From the human T2T-CHM13v2.0 reference genome, Homo sapiens: a stretch of 64,000 bases of DNA. Shown here in pieces: positions 13,168 through 25,870 of the stretch (the first letter of the stretch is position 1; the number at the start of each line of letters is the position of its first letter). Below the pieces are notes generated by a model that did not search any database, was not told where the DNA came from, and saw only the letters and a program-made list of their open reading frames with translations. Position numbers and translations under genes: made by a program. The DNA lies in NCBI RefSeq assembly GCF_009914755.1, contig NC_060938.1; one strand, 5' to 3'.

Positions 13168-14069
13168 TGGGTGGGCCAAGAAACTGGTTCAGATTTGCAA
13201 ATCTAGGCAGATTAATATATTTATATGGGTCTGTGAGTTTCACTGCCAAGGCAGTCTTGGTTTCATAATGATACAGTATAGCGCATGTTGCTAGTATTAA
13301 ACAACCAACGGAAGACAGAGCTGCTAGCCCGGGATGTGCCTGGGGTGAGGTGGGGAGGGAACTGTGCTGAACAGAGCTGTCTGTTGTTTCCTCGGTTTCC
13401 CCTCTGAAGTCAGCTGTGCCTCTGGCCACGGGGCTCTTTTGTTCTTCCTCCTCTCCCCACTCCTCCACCAAAGGAGACAGGGCTTGAATTATTGATGAAA
13501 TCAAAAGAATAAGCTTGGGGATTGCATGTTTCCATCTTGCCTGTTGTTTGTCTGGTAAATAACGTGTTCTCTGTAAAACCTAAGCTTTTATCTCAGGTGT
13601 GCTGACCAGATTGAAGCCGGCCTCGAAGCTTCCCTTGGAGAAAGCCGGCTATGATCCTGGCTCACTCCAGTCTTCTCTCTTTCCATATGCAGATAAAAGA
13701 GTCCAACAGCACACTTTCCCCGTGGTTTCCCACACCACTGTGGAACACACGCAGAAACAGACTTTGCTCCTGGTCTTTTCCGTGACCAGATACATGCTCC
13801 CCTCCCCAAGACCTGCTAATTTCAGAGTAGTTACCTGTTCCCTTTGGTGAGGCAGGGAACCCTCAGGGTCCCAGTAGAGGAAGACCCGCTCAGACACTGC
13901 CCTCTGCTGGAAACTATTGGGACTGCTCCATCCTCCCTGAGGGGTCCTGCCGGGTTCCAGAGAAAGGGACCTTCACTCCTTCTACCTGGTTGCAGATACA
14001 CCTGCAACATAGGTAGGGACTGACTTACCTAGAAAGCTTCTCTCATTAAGGTCTTAGACGAAAAAAATT

Positions 14070-15240
14070 TGAGTAGGAGGTGGGAGGATTTTTTATGATT
14101 TGATGTGGAAAAAGATTTCTAAACGACACGAGAAACAAAACACACACAAAAAACTGATACATTTGACTACATCAAAAACAAAAACTTTTGTGTGACAGAA
14201 GACAACATGAGCAAAATTAAAAGACAAAAGGAGAAAATACTTGTAACAAAGGATAAGTATCTAGATTATATAAAGAACCTCTACAGATTGAAAAGAAAAC
14301 AAACAAAAATCCAACAGAAAAATATTCTAAAGATATAAAATTGTAATTCACAGAAAAGAAAATATAAGTGGCCCATAAGTGCATGACAATAATACTCTGT
14401 CTTACCAGTAATCAGGAAAATAGAAATTCAAACATCAGAGAGAGATTTTGTTTTAACCTGCTAAATTAGAAAAAATTAAAAAGGGCATGGGAGAAAAGAT
14501 ATTCTTTACTCTCTAGGTAGGATCATAAGCTGGTATAATCACTTTGCAGAGAAATTTGGCAATATCTAAAAAATGCAAAATATTCATACTCTGATCCAGT
14601 GAGTCCACTTCTCCATATCTACCCCAGAAAAACACTTTACCCATGTGCCCAGCAAGTTTGTGGCAGCTTTGTTTGCAAAATATCAAATGTTAGGTGCAGA
14701 AATAACTGAAATTAGCATAAAAATGGGGTTGGTTAAATAAACTATAATTCATTCATCATATATATATTTTATATATATTATTTATATATTATATATTATT
14801 TATATATTATATATAATATTTATATATATTAGATATTATATATAATATCTAATATATATAAAATACATAAATAATATATATTATATATATATAGCAGTGT
14901 TTTAAAATATATATACTATGTGTACTGACATGGAAAGATCCCCAAGACCTATTGTTGAGTGAACAAAAATCAAGCTGCAGACTGACACACCCTATGATAA
15001 CTTATATGTAAAACACCCAGGCATATTAAACAATATTTTTTCTATGGGTATAGATACTATGGTCTTTAAAGCATGGAAAAATGCACAGGACGTATAACAC
15101 TGATACCAAGAGTTACCTCTGGGGCAGAGATGAGGATTGGAGCTGGTGGTCAAAGGGGATTTCAGCCTTATCTGTAATTTTTTTTTTAGTAAAAAGAATG
15201 TGTTAATGTATTATATGTGTAATTAAAATTAATAAAAGCT
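14070..15240 (+). mobile_element. L1ME-type 3' end with internal AT-rich expansion
   Basis: Degenerate ORF2 3' region (atacatttgactacatcaaaa, atcaggaaaatagaaattcaaac, atttggcaatatcta) and 3'UTR. Confidence 0.8.
14758..14892. repeat. (TA)n-rich low-complexity tract containing a perfect 44-bp palindrome (14819-14862)
   Basis: tttatatatattagatattata|tataatatctaatatatataaa is self-reverse-complementary. Confidence 0.95.
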
Positions 15241-15741
15241 ATTCTTATATTAAAAAGGAGAAAAATCTCTCTTCCTCCTTATTAAAGCATCTGCAACAGC
15301 CAGGAATCATTGAGCTATGAGTAAAACGCTGCCTTAGGTGATTTGTCAGGGGACCTGCTAAGTAGAGGGCAATGTGGTTGTCCTGGAGACAGCTGTCTTC
15401 AACACAAACCATCCTGTGCATCTATCTACACATGTCGGATATGTAACCATATCCCATTCAATGTCATACTTTTAAATCTCGGTTCACAAACTCAACAGTA
15501 ATAACTTCTAACACAATGAGAGCAGTCAGTATTAAAATCTAGTATCTCATTTAAACTTTTACTCTTTCTCTCTCCCCACCCCACCCCCAGATGAGTTTAC
15601 TTAGATTTAGAGATGTTAAATAGCCTGTCCAAAGTCAGTTGACTAATATGTAAGAATTTTTCCTACCCCAGAGGCCATTCTTTTCAACCATTTAAACTAT
15701 GTTACAAAGTGATAAACGCCTTTGTCAACTTCAGCCAGGTA

Positions 15742-15836
15742 AGGGAGGCTGAGGCAGGAGGATTGTTTGTGGTCAGGAGTTGGAGACCAGCCTAAGCAAC
15801 ACAGAGGAAACTCCATCTCTAAAAGAAAGAAAGAAA
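15742..15836 (+). mobile_element. Alu left monomer/FLAM fragment
   Basis: gggaggctgaggcaggaggattg..ggtcaggagttggagaccagcct..ccatctctaaaagaaag. Confidence 0.85.
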
Positions 15837-16938
15837 TGTCAGTTTTCTGTCAAAAGCTTTTGTGGGTTTCCCTGCCTCACATGCCATGCCTATTTGCTGC
15901 ATTGCTCTGAATCAAAACAGCAGCTGGTTCATTCTGGGAGAAAAATCTAGCATAAGAAGAGGTGTTATTTGGGTCCCAGTATAACTAAGAAGCTCAAAGA
16001 CAAATACGCATTAAAGGAACAATTAAAAATTTAGGAATAATCCTCAACCAGAAGACTACTTCAAATGCATTAAAAATAAAGTTTAGGAACAAAACTAATC
16101 AATAATAGCAAAGGTGAAATTTCGATAATAATGCAAACCTTGCAAGGTTCTCATAGGATACAATTTGCTCCATTTTCCAAATTCTGCAAATTTCTTATAT
16201 CAACACGAAATGCGTTCCAGTGATGCAGCCTTATCCTCACCACTGAGCCATTCCTGCCAGGCAAAAACAATGCAACTGAGCGGCATCAGAGATTACAGAG
16301 ATATGGCCCTGGCAAAGGCCCACCAGCAGGGCTCTTGGGTTCCCTCTGAAGCAAAGAAAGGCAGCCCTCTGCTTGCTGGGGAAGACGGCTTTCAAAGGAT
16401 GTTTCCAGAATAACTCATGAGTGGATGGGGGCACCAGGTTTACAAATGAGAGTTGTGATTTCCCACTTACAATGAATTTTTAAAAAATGAATTAATTCAA
16501 AAAAATGAATTAATCTCTGTTGGATTTCTTCTTAAGAACAGGTGTGTCTATGAATAATACATGGTGGGGCAGGCAATGCATGGGTCTGAAGACCCAGAAG
16601 CCTGAACGCAAATGAGTCCCAGACTGTCAAGATTAAAAGGTAGATTTTAAGGAGCATCACATAAGCGAGAAAAAATCTGGGAGAGCACAAAAACTACTCT
16701 GCAAATAATAAGCACACATCTAAGCCCCTGGCTAAGAACACAAACACATCTCTTCTCAGATAGTGGTAATTGAAAGTCACTAGGTTCCCATATGAGGAAG
16801 GAGGAGATAAATTAAAAAACGTAATCTAAAATAAAGATTAAAACATTAGGGTTTTAATGAATGATGTTTCAGGACAGAGAATTAAGGACATTTACATCTT
16901 CCTCTCTAGTTTGGAACTTTAACTTCTTAAACTCATTA

Positions 16939-17225
16939 GGCCCAGGCGTGGTAGCTCACGCCTGTGATCCCAGCACTCTGGGAGGCCGAGACGGGTGGAT
17001 CACCTGAGGTCAGGAGTTTGAGACCAGCCTGGCCAACACGGTGAAACCCCGTCTTTACTAAAAATTTAAAAGTTAGCCAGGAGTGGTGGTGGGTGCCTGT
17101 AATCCCAGTTACTCAGAAAGCTGAGGCAGGAGAATTGCTTGAACCTGGGAGGCAGAGTTCTTGCCATTACACTCTAGCCTGGGCAACAAGAGTGAAACTC
17201 TGTCTCCGTAATAATAATAATAATA
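16939..17225 (+). mobile_element. AluS (Sq-like)
   Basis: Dimer with ggatcacctgaggtcagg and ggcaacaagag, small right-arm deletion; (TAA)n tail; TSD aaactcattaggc (16929 and 17226). Confidence 0.96.
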
Positions 17226-18419
17226 AAACTCATTAGGCACTGGCACAAGAGGAGCCATGGTCAGAGCAGCAGATGTGGGGTGGGGTGGGGGCTGCAGAAC
17301 TCCTGGGTCCCCTCCAGGATTTCACTCCCTGGCCTCCCAACAGCTCAGCTCTGCCTGGCTCTGCCCACCAAGGCTGAGAAGATGCTTTGTTTTGTTTTTT
17401 TTCAGTTTGTTAAACAAGAAATAATATCATGGCATCGTACGGTTTGGGGTTTTAAATGTCAGCAAAACCCTTGTAATGTAGAATTTCTAACTGGCAGTGT
17501 CTCAGTCTAGAGCTGTTTGGGGAAAACAAGATGTTGAAAACTGTGTCCCTGGCTGGCCTCAAGAGCATACAGAAGGATCTCCCACTCCTTGATTTGGTCC
17601 TTCTAAGACCTGTGGTGTCCCCAGATAAAAAGGAAGCTATGAGGATCACGGAGACGACAGTAAGTAACATGCTGTTTGAAGGAGGGGTAACCTGAGATCT
17701 TGACAGCTTTACCGTGCATGCCTGCATGCATGAGCGCACACACACACACACACAAATGCATGTTTCTTTTCAGCTCTGTTGGAGCAAAGAATTTTCACAG
17801 ATAAAGGATTTGGATTTTTATCTTGTCCAGGTGCCTTTGGGTATTGTCTCAAGACAGGACAAGGTTTGGTCCCTTTAGCCTTGTCCCATTTGGAAGTATA
17901 CACAAACAAAATATTGCTCCACTCCCCTTCCTTCCTCCCTCCCCATCCCTTCAAGTAAAATGGCCCACATGTAGGAGCAGAAGCTATTTGGAGCTGTGGC
18001 AGGAGGCACATTAATATGTGAACTGAAAACAGACCCCTTAGAAGTCTGCCCACATTGCAGAATTGGAAATAGATGAACTTCTTTCCCATTACAGCAACAA
18101 TACCACAAGGCAGGATTTGTTTGCAAGATAATAAATTGGCAAACAAGCCGGGACTAGATGGTGGCTCCTGCCTCCCTCTGCAGCCTGAGTAGCGCTGAAG
18201 GAGAAAAGCAACCAAGGCTATGGCAGGCCCCGAGGAAAGCCAGGACAAGGGGCTGCATAGAACACCGCCCACAGCCTCTGCTCCCACCCCAATATCTCAT
18301 TCCTGGCCACTGGCCTTTCAGATAGAGGTCCCCTTGAGTGTGTCACTTGTGGCTGGAGCCTGGTAGGGTCAGGTAGCTTGCCCTTTAGTCTGGCCCTAAT
18401 GGGGCCATTCCTCATGGTG

Positions 18420-18700
18420 ACAGAGGCAGCACAGTGGACGGAGACTGAGAGAGCCCAGACTGCCATGTGCAACCCCACCTTGAATTCTGACTCTGCTACT
18501 TATAAACTATGTGACTATGTGGACTTAGACAAGCTAATTAACCACTGCAAGCCTCAAAATCTCTTATCTGTAAAATGGGTATAATATTATCTACCTCACA
18601 AGGTTATTCTAAGAATTAAATGAGAAACTGCATGAAAACTCCTTAGCATATTGCTAGCATAGAACTTAAATGCTCAATAAATGTTGCTAATATTATAATT
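18420..18700 (+). mobile_element. MIR SINE
   Basis: tgaattctgactctgctactta..gcctcaaaatctcttatctgtaaaatgggtataat..aagaattaaatgaga..gctcaataaatgttgct. Confidence 0.85.
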
Positions 18701-18923
18701 GAGATCCCCTAACAAAAATCTTCTTGCTCAAACATAAATATCTTCCCTAGAAGAGAACCTGGTACAAGCAGACCCAAGTGTTATCAGCTCATATATCTCT
18801 AGATCAAACTGTCTGATTTATTGCTATGTGCCTCAGAGACTTGCAGAGTATCAGCCTCACTGTAAGTTAAATGAATTAAAGTTTCATTTAAATCTAAGTG
18901 TAAATAGCCACACGTGCCTAGCG

Positions 18924-19403
18924 TAGAATGCCTTCAAAGATGTCCATATCCTGATTCTTGGAATGTGTTTACATACGAACTGGCAAAGTGGAACTAAAAT
19001 CGTAGATGGAATTAAGATTGCCAATTAGCTGACCATAATGTAGTGAGATCAGCCTGTGTTCTCCAGGCCTGCCCAGTGTAATCACATGAGTCTTTAGAAG
19101 TGGGAGAAGGAAGCAGAAAAGGTCAGAGTGATGTGATATAAGGACTCCATCCATTGTTGCTGGCTTGGGAGATACAAGGGGGCCAGGAGCCAGGGAATGC
19201 TGCTGGCTTCTAGGAACTGAAAAAGGCAAGAAAATAGATTCTGTGTTAGAAATTCAGAGGGGAACACAGCCTGCTAACATCTTGATTTTAGTTCAGTGAG
19301 ACCCGTGTCAGATTTCTGACTCTGGAATGTAAGATGATCAATCTGTGCTGTGTGAGTACTCTGTTTGTGGTAATTTGTTACAAAAGCATAGGCAACCAGT
19401 ACA
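18924..19403 (+). mobile_element. MLT1D-like (MaLR) solo LTR
   Basis: aaagatgtccatatcctga..aattaagattgccaattagctgac..aaaggcaagaaaatagattct..gtttgtggtaatttgttaca..aaccagtaca. Confidence 0.85.
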
Positions 19404-20049
19404 GAGGGGAGGATTTCAACAGCCGAGATCGGGGTAGCATCCTGCAGGAGGGACTGAGGAAAGGCAGTGGCCCTGAAGAATAAGACACACCCAGAAGGTG
19501 GACTGGAGGAGCTAGGGTAGGAAGGAGGCCTGGGAAGAGGGAAGGCATCATGGCAGCAGAGTCTAATAGTCCAGGGACAGGGTGGCATCTTTACTCGGAG
19601 GCCCTGCAAAGGCATTAGAGCACATGCAGTGTGTCTCTACTTGCTCTCTGCTGCTGTGAGTGATTTTCTGATACCTCTCTCCTGACATTTCTCCAGGCCC
19701 TCCTGCACCCTGTTTAGCACCACCTGAGGCATGCCACCCAGTCACACAGACCTTTAATAATGAGTGAAACAGTAGCAGGTGTCAGAGCTGAGAGAGGAAA
19801 AAGATCTCAATTCCCACCGGAGGACGGAGATCATTTTATGCATTTCCATTTAAAGGGAGAAGTGAACAGCATGAAATCACATGCCAACGGGGAGAAAGAG
19901 TTTAAACCAGGATGACCTTGGCAGGGACAGGCGCCAGCAGCTTCCAGGTCATGGCTCCCCAAACTGAGCTTCTGGGGAGAAATGGGGCACGTGCACAAGG
20001 CCACCATCCTGTCCTGACTTCTACCCTGAGCCCCAGCTCCAAGCCCTGC

Positions 20050-20915
20050 TGGCCTGCCTGACGTCTTTACTTGGATGTGCCTCAGGTACTCAGCTCATCC
20101 TGCCCCAAACTCAGCTTGTCACTTGTTTTTCCAAATATGCTCCTCTTCTCACATCATGACTTCTTTTCAAGCCAGAAACCTGGAGTCTGCCAGGGCTGCT
20201 CTTTCCCTCATATCCCCGACCCTACTGCATCATCCATGGCTACTCAGCATCTTACAGCCCAGTCAGTTCTGTCCCTGCCCCTTCATCCCCACTGCCAATG
20301 ACCTTCATCCAGCTCTCATCATCTCACGTGTGGACCAGTGCAGTAGCCTCTTGACTGACCTCCACTCCAACTCTCTCTCTAATCCAGCCTCTCTTTTGCT
20401 CCCAGAATGTTTTACCCCCTAAAGTACAAATCTGATGATGGAACTTCTCTTCTTAAAATCTTTGAGTAGTTTCTCTTCACTGTCAGGATAGACCCCAAAT
20501 TCAGGCTGGCAAACAAGGCATTCCAAACCTTGCTCCTGCCTAGTTATTCAACTTTATCTGCTCATCTACTGACCACCCTCTGTCTTCACTCCCAAATTTT
20601 GCCTTCAAGGTCCCAGGCTATTTCACACACTGTGGCTTTGAAAAGTCTGTCTCTTTGCCTTGTCTCCCTGGTGAATTCTTACTTGTTCTCCCAGGCCCAC
20701 CTCGTGCACCCCTACTGGCCCCTCTGCCAACTCTCTTGCCCTTGGCTGTTTCCTCCTTCACACCAGTGTTGCACTTGTGCACTCACCTCTCTGCCTCCCT
20801 AACTGTTTCCTGGAGAGCAGGGACTGTGTCTTGTTCGTCTTTAGATCCTCAGGGCCTAGGACAGTCCCTGGCCCTGGCCCAAAAGCCTGGAGGGGTGCCT
20901 TTGGAATGCATGAAC
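20050..20915 (+). mobile_element. L2 LINE fragment
   Basis: cttggatgtgcctcaggtactc..catcatctcacgtgtggaccagtgcagtagcctc..ctggagagcagggactgtgtcttgttc. Confidence 0.7.
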
Positions 20916-21330
20916 CTGTAAATGGGAGAGGCTGTGGAGGGAACTTGCAGACAGCTGGGGAGACTTGGTGAAGTGAAGAAGAAAAGACACTTCCCCATGC
21001 GGACATGGAGCCCCTGCCTGAGACGAGCCCTGGGCCTCCAGATCAAGGGGATAAACTGAGTGTCAACATAGAATCCATAAGACTAACAGATGAACTATCC
21101 AAATATAAATATCCACCTCAATGGTGTCACAAAAGAAGAATTACTGCCTGTTCCTGGGATTGGAGAGGGGCCAATTCTTCATTTTGCTTTCTTCTGGAGA
21201 GTAGCATAAATTGGACTCAGGCCCACCGGGCTTCAGGATCTGTAAGAGCCAGGAGCTAAGGACGTCGGAAACATCTCTGTGGCACCTGGGGTTCTATTTA
21301 CACAGGAAGCTGAATGCTGACCTCACTCAC

Positions 21331-21990
21331 TTTTTTATTATTATTGAGATAAAATTCACATAACATAAAATTCACCTTTTTAAAAATGTACAGTTCAGTG
21401 GCTTCTAGTACATTCATGATGTTGTGCAACCATCGCCATTATTTAATTCCAGAGCATGTTTACCCCCAAGGGAAAACCTGTACCCATTAAGTTTTCACTG
21501 CCCAATCCCCTCTCCTCCCAGCCCCGGGTAGCCGCTAGTCTATCATCTGTCTCTACGGATTTTCCCATTCTGGCTATTTCATATAAATGGAATCATGCAA
21601 TATGTGGTCCTTTGTGTCTGGCTGCATTCAGTTAACATAGTGTTTTTGGGGTTCATCCATGTTATAGCATGTATCAGAGCTTCATTTCTTTTCATGGCTG
21701 AACCATATGCCACTGTGGATATTACCACATTTGTTTATCCATTTGCCAGCTGGTGGACATTTACGTTGTTTCCACTTTTTGGCATTTATGAATATTTGGC
21801 TGCTGTGAACATTTGTGTACAACTTTTTATGTGAATATCCATTTTCAGTTCTCTTGGGTATATAGCTAGGAGTGAACTTGCTGGGTCAAATGTTTACCAT
21901 TTGTTGAGGAACCCCAAATGTGTCTTCCACAGTGGCTGTACCATGTTATATTCCCAACAGTAGTGTGTGAGGGTTCCACTTCACCCACTT
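21331..21990 (-). mobile_element. L1MB 3' end
   Basis: ttgagataaaattcacataacataaaattcacc..tgtacagttcagtgg..ataaatggaatcatgcaatatgtggtc. Confidence 0.9.
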
Positions 21991-23282
21991 TTAAACATCT
22001 TAGGTGTCTAATTCCTAATGTCGGGTTTTCTCTGGTAGACCCTGAAAAAATACAACCAACTGGAGAGCAACAGAGTCAGAATTTAACACCTGAAATGGAG
22101 AAATAGCATCAGGCTGAATCTGAGCTTATCCCTGATGCCTCTAGCCATGTACCTCCCAAGATGTGTTCTCTGCAGCCATCACATGAGGCAGGGTTCTGTG
22201 CAGCTCAGAATAGCAAGGGCATCACATGCTCTGTCTCCTAGATCGATTAGGTAAGAATGCCCACGTGTGGCATCTCTATTTTCTCCCATTTAGAAAGCCG
22301 ATGAGGAAAATAAGTGAGTCCTACTAGTGAGTAGGAAGGAGAGGAAACAGGCCAGATTCCAGGAAACAATTTTATTTATCAGAAATTAGGAGTCTTTTCT
22401 GTGGAAGCCAGAGGGCTGGAAGAATCCTCAGGGGTAGGGCAGGTGCATCAGCAGGGGCGCAGGAGGGCTGGCTACCAGGTTAGCAAAGAGCAGGTTTGGC
22501 CCAGTCTGAAGTTGGGTGATATGCAGAAGTCTAGGCAGGTGGGAGGTCTGAAAGCACCAACTGTAGCCCAGCCTCAAGGTGTGAGTCTGAGCAGCAGGTG
22601 CAGGCCTGGGTGACAAATGAGAACATGGCAGTGTTCTGCAGGCCCCAGAGGCAAGCCCACAGCCACACTCAGCACTGCCTGCTGGTCCAGCTTTATAGCA
22701 GCCACTCTCCCTCCCCAAACTATGCGCTGGCAATAAAAAGGAGGGTATCTCTAAGTCCATGAACATGGTGTGCCCTCTCATCTCATCTCCCATCATTCAC
22801 ACATGATCTTTTCAGCTGCCTGAAAATTTACACTCTCAACCCCCAATCTCTAAAATACTCCGATGTATTCTTCCAGTCTCAGCTCAGGCATAGCGCCTCT
22901 GTGAAGCCTTCCCTATGCCCTCTGAGAACCTGGGTGCCCCTTTCCCCATGCCCTTGATCTGTAGCACCATGCCCATGATGGCCTCCATCTCACTGTCCTG
23001 ATCCGTGGTGTCTCCTCGCTACATGGCAAGCAATGCCGGGTGGGAGACACAACCTTTCCACCTGTGCAGTCCTGGCCCCTAGCACAAAGTGCCCAGTGCT
23101 CTAGGGGCTGACTGTTTGCAGTCAGTCTGGCTGCTGGGGAACTGCACAGGGATTCTGTTGCAGAGCCTGGAATTCCAGTAGGGACTTCACTAAAAGGAAC
23201 GTGACCGGCATTTGTGACGGAGAGAACCAGGCTAGGGCTTCAGGACAAGACCAGCCACAGGCTAAGTGATGATGTTCTAAGC

Positions 23283-23606
23283 CAGGCGTTGGCAAACCAC
23301 AGCCTTACAGGCCAAATGCAGTCCACCATTTGTTTTTATATGTCCCAAGAGCTAAAAATGAATTTTACATTTTTAAATGATTGAGCAAAATCAGAAGAAG
23401 AATAATACTTTATGATATGTGAAAATTATATAAAATTCAAATTTAGTGTTCATAAAGTTTTAAATTATCTCAATAGAAATGTGTAGCAATGTATTTTCTC
23501 TCCTGTTACATGATTATGTGCATAATATCCTTAATTTTTCCTCTTAGCTCAAAAAGCTTAAATTATTTAAATCTGGCCCTTTACACAAGCAATTTGCCAA
23601 CCCCTT
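23283..23606. mobile_element. MER58B-like (hAT) MITE
   Basis: TIRs caggcgttggcaaac / atttgccaacccctt; 8-bp TSD ttctaagc/ctctaagc. Confidence 0.88.
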
Positions 23607-24163
23607 CTCTAAGCAGTTAGCCTCAGGATGCTCAGTCTTCCCACCTCCCAGATCCCCCACCCCGAATACCAAGGCCAAGCAGACCAACTCTCCCTCCTAG
23701 AATGGCAACATTTTCAGTGGGGAAGAAAAAAGCCAGCCGTGACACCACCTCCCCAAGGCTGAACTCAACAGCTCCAGCACTTTCCCTACCCCCACACACT
23801 CATGTCCTGTTACCAAAGGGCTTCAGGAAAATACAAAGCAACTCCAACTCACAAGAAGATCCATAGCCCTCCATGTGATCAATGACTAAAGCACGATAGT
23901 CCTAAAATCTATTTAAGGAGCACTTACTACATGCCAGGCACAGTGTGGGGCATGTTAAAGACACATCTCAAATACTTGCAACCCTCTTAAAATTTCTCAT
24001 TGTTGTACCTCTCACATACATGGCAGAACAAAAATGTTGGTCCCCTTTCCCTCTTTGATTCTTTTTTATCAACACCCAGAGTGGAAAGGGAATCTTTAGC
24101 AAAACACATCAAAGTGACACTAATTTACATAGCATTTATCACGAGCAAGGCATAGTTTTAAAT

Positions 24164-24388
24164 CAGGGTTTCTCAGGCTTGTCACTACTGACATTTGGGG
24201 CTGGATCATTCTCTGACGTAGGGGCTGTCTTGTGCATTATAAGATGTTCAGCAGAATCCCTGGTCTTTACCCACTAGAGAGATGCCAGCAGCACTCCTCC
24301 TCAAGTTAGGACAACCAAAAATGTCCCAGACCTTGCCAAATGACCCCTGGGCTAGGGGACAGGAATTGCCCCCAGTCAAGAATCACTA
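24164..24388. mobile_element. MER20 (hAT) inserted in a MIR
   Basis: cagggtttctcag..actgacatttggggctggatcattct..acccactag..acaaccaaaaatgtc; TSD ttttaaat/ttctaaat; MIR(-) sequence on both sides (~24110-24560). Confidence 0.9.
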
Positions 24389-25099
24389 TTCTAAATATTT
24401 TACATATAAATTTATAAAAACTCTATTAATAAACCCTATTATTACTCTCATTTAAGAGCTAAGTAATCCTTGGCACAGAGAAGGCAAGTAACTTCTCCAA
24501 GATCACATAGCTAAGAATGATAGAGTGAGATTTGAACCCGTATAGTTGGTCTCCTGCATCCATGCTATTAGTAATATCAATTTTAGCAGGTCTCAGAACC
24601 TGCTGAGTGACCCTCACACAGAGAACAGTAGGAGGTTCCTCTGCTGCCCTTGTAGGGTAAAACCAAAATTGAGGATCTCTTTGGCTTTGACCAGCAAGAT
24701 AAGACTGGAGTCTGAGGGAAGGGAAAGGGCTAGAAAAGGGAAGCAGAGACAAGGCCAGGGGACTCAAAACTTCTGGGCATCCATCCGAGGCTGACTCTGT
24801 AGCCCTATGGGAAAGGATAAGTCCTACTCTGTATCACCCTCTGGACTATGGGTGTTTACTGCTTCCCTCCCTCCCTCTCTGCCCTTTTTCCTTCCTTTCT
24901 TCCTTTCATTCTCATCGGTAATGGACTGTATACCTGCCTTTCCAGATATTGTGGGGTGTAACATGAGGAATAAGAATAAATAAGTAAACCAAGGCTCAGA
25001 GCTAATGAAGCAAAATGAGCACATGCGCACACACACTTCCCTCTCACTCAAGGGACCTCCTAGCACAGCTGGGATTTTGTTTCAATTACCATTGCTGTT

Positions 25100-25561
25100 G
25101 GCTGCAGATAACAGAAACCAGACTTACAGTGAATGAACTAAACAGGAAATCATTTTTCTCCTTCACGGAAGGGTCAGCTGTGAGCCCTCCAGGACTGCTG
25201 GTGGCTTGCACTGCTGCCAACACCCCACCCGCCCTCTGTCTTCCTGCTCCTGCACCCTGGGCATGTGGTGTCATCCTCCTGCCCACAAGAAGGCTGCTGC
25301 ACTTCCAGCAAGCACAATCACAGACAGGCGGGAGAGGAGAGGAGGGGATGATGGACAGGTGGTGCCAGTGGAGTCTGTCCCTTTGGCTTCCATCTCATTG
25401 GCCAGAACTGGGCCACTCGATAACCCTGGCTGCAAGGGACCCTGGGAAGTTCTTTATTTTTAACTGGACATGTTACCATCCTGCAAAAAAATATTGGAGT
25501 TCAGTTAGCAAGGAGGAGGTGGGGAAAGGGACACTGGGGAGACATCTAGCAGTGTCTGCCA
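25100..25561 (-). mobile_element. Old MLT1 (K/L-like) LTR
   Basis: ggctgcagataacagaaacc..tctcattggccagaactgggccac..ctggctgcaagggaccctgggaa..agcagtgtctgcca. Confidence 0.7.
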
Positions 25562-25639
25562 TGGATTCCAAAGGTAACCCTCATCCCACTAGGGAACACT
25601 GCGCCTCACGAGAGCCAGCAGAGTGGGGTGGAGGGTACA

Positions 25640-25870
25640 AACTCTGAAGACAGATGGCTGGCCTTGAATCTTGTTACTACTTGTGTGATCTCGGGCCAGT
25701 TGCCTTAACTTCCTATACTTACATTTCCTCATTTGTAAAATTAGGAAATAGAAAAGCACCCAATTCACAGTATTGCTGTGGGGATCAAATGAGTTAGCAC
25801 GTGTAAAATACTTAGAAGAATGTCTGGTTCATAATTCATTCTCAATAAATATTAGCTATTTTGGCTGTTA
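25640..25870 (+). mobile_element. MIR SINE
   Basis: tgtgatctcgggccagttgccttaac..tttcctcatttgtaaaa..gatcaaatgagtta..ctcaataaatattagct. Confidence 0.8.

Noticed and set aside
22160-22800. Possible ancient LTR and a CTCF-like cagcaggggcgc motif
   Set aside because: Could not assign a family or termini; the motif is one G short of consensus.
25015-25647. Longest ORF (210 aa); likewise 10533-11123 (196 aa) and 17709-18287 (192 aa)
   Set aside because: Overlaps an MLT1 LTR or has random composition; no recognisable homology or exon structure.
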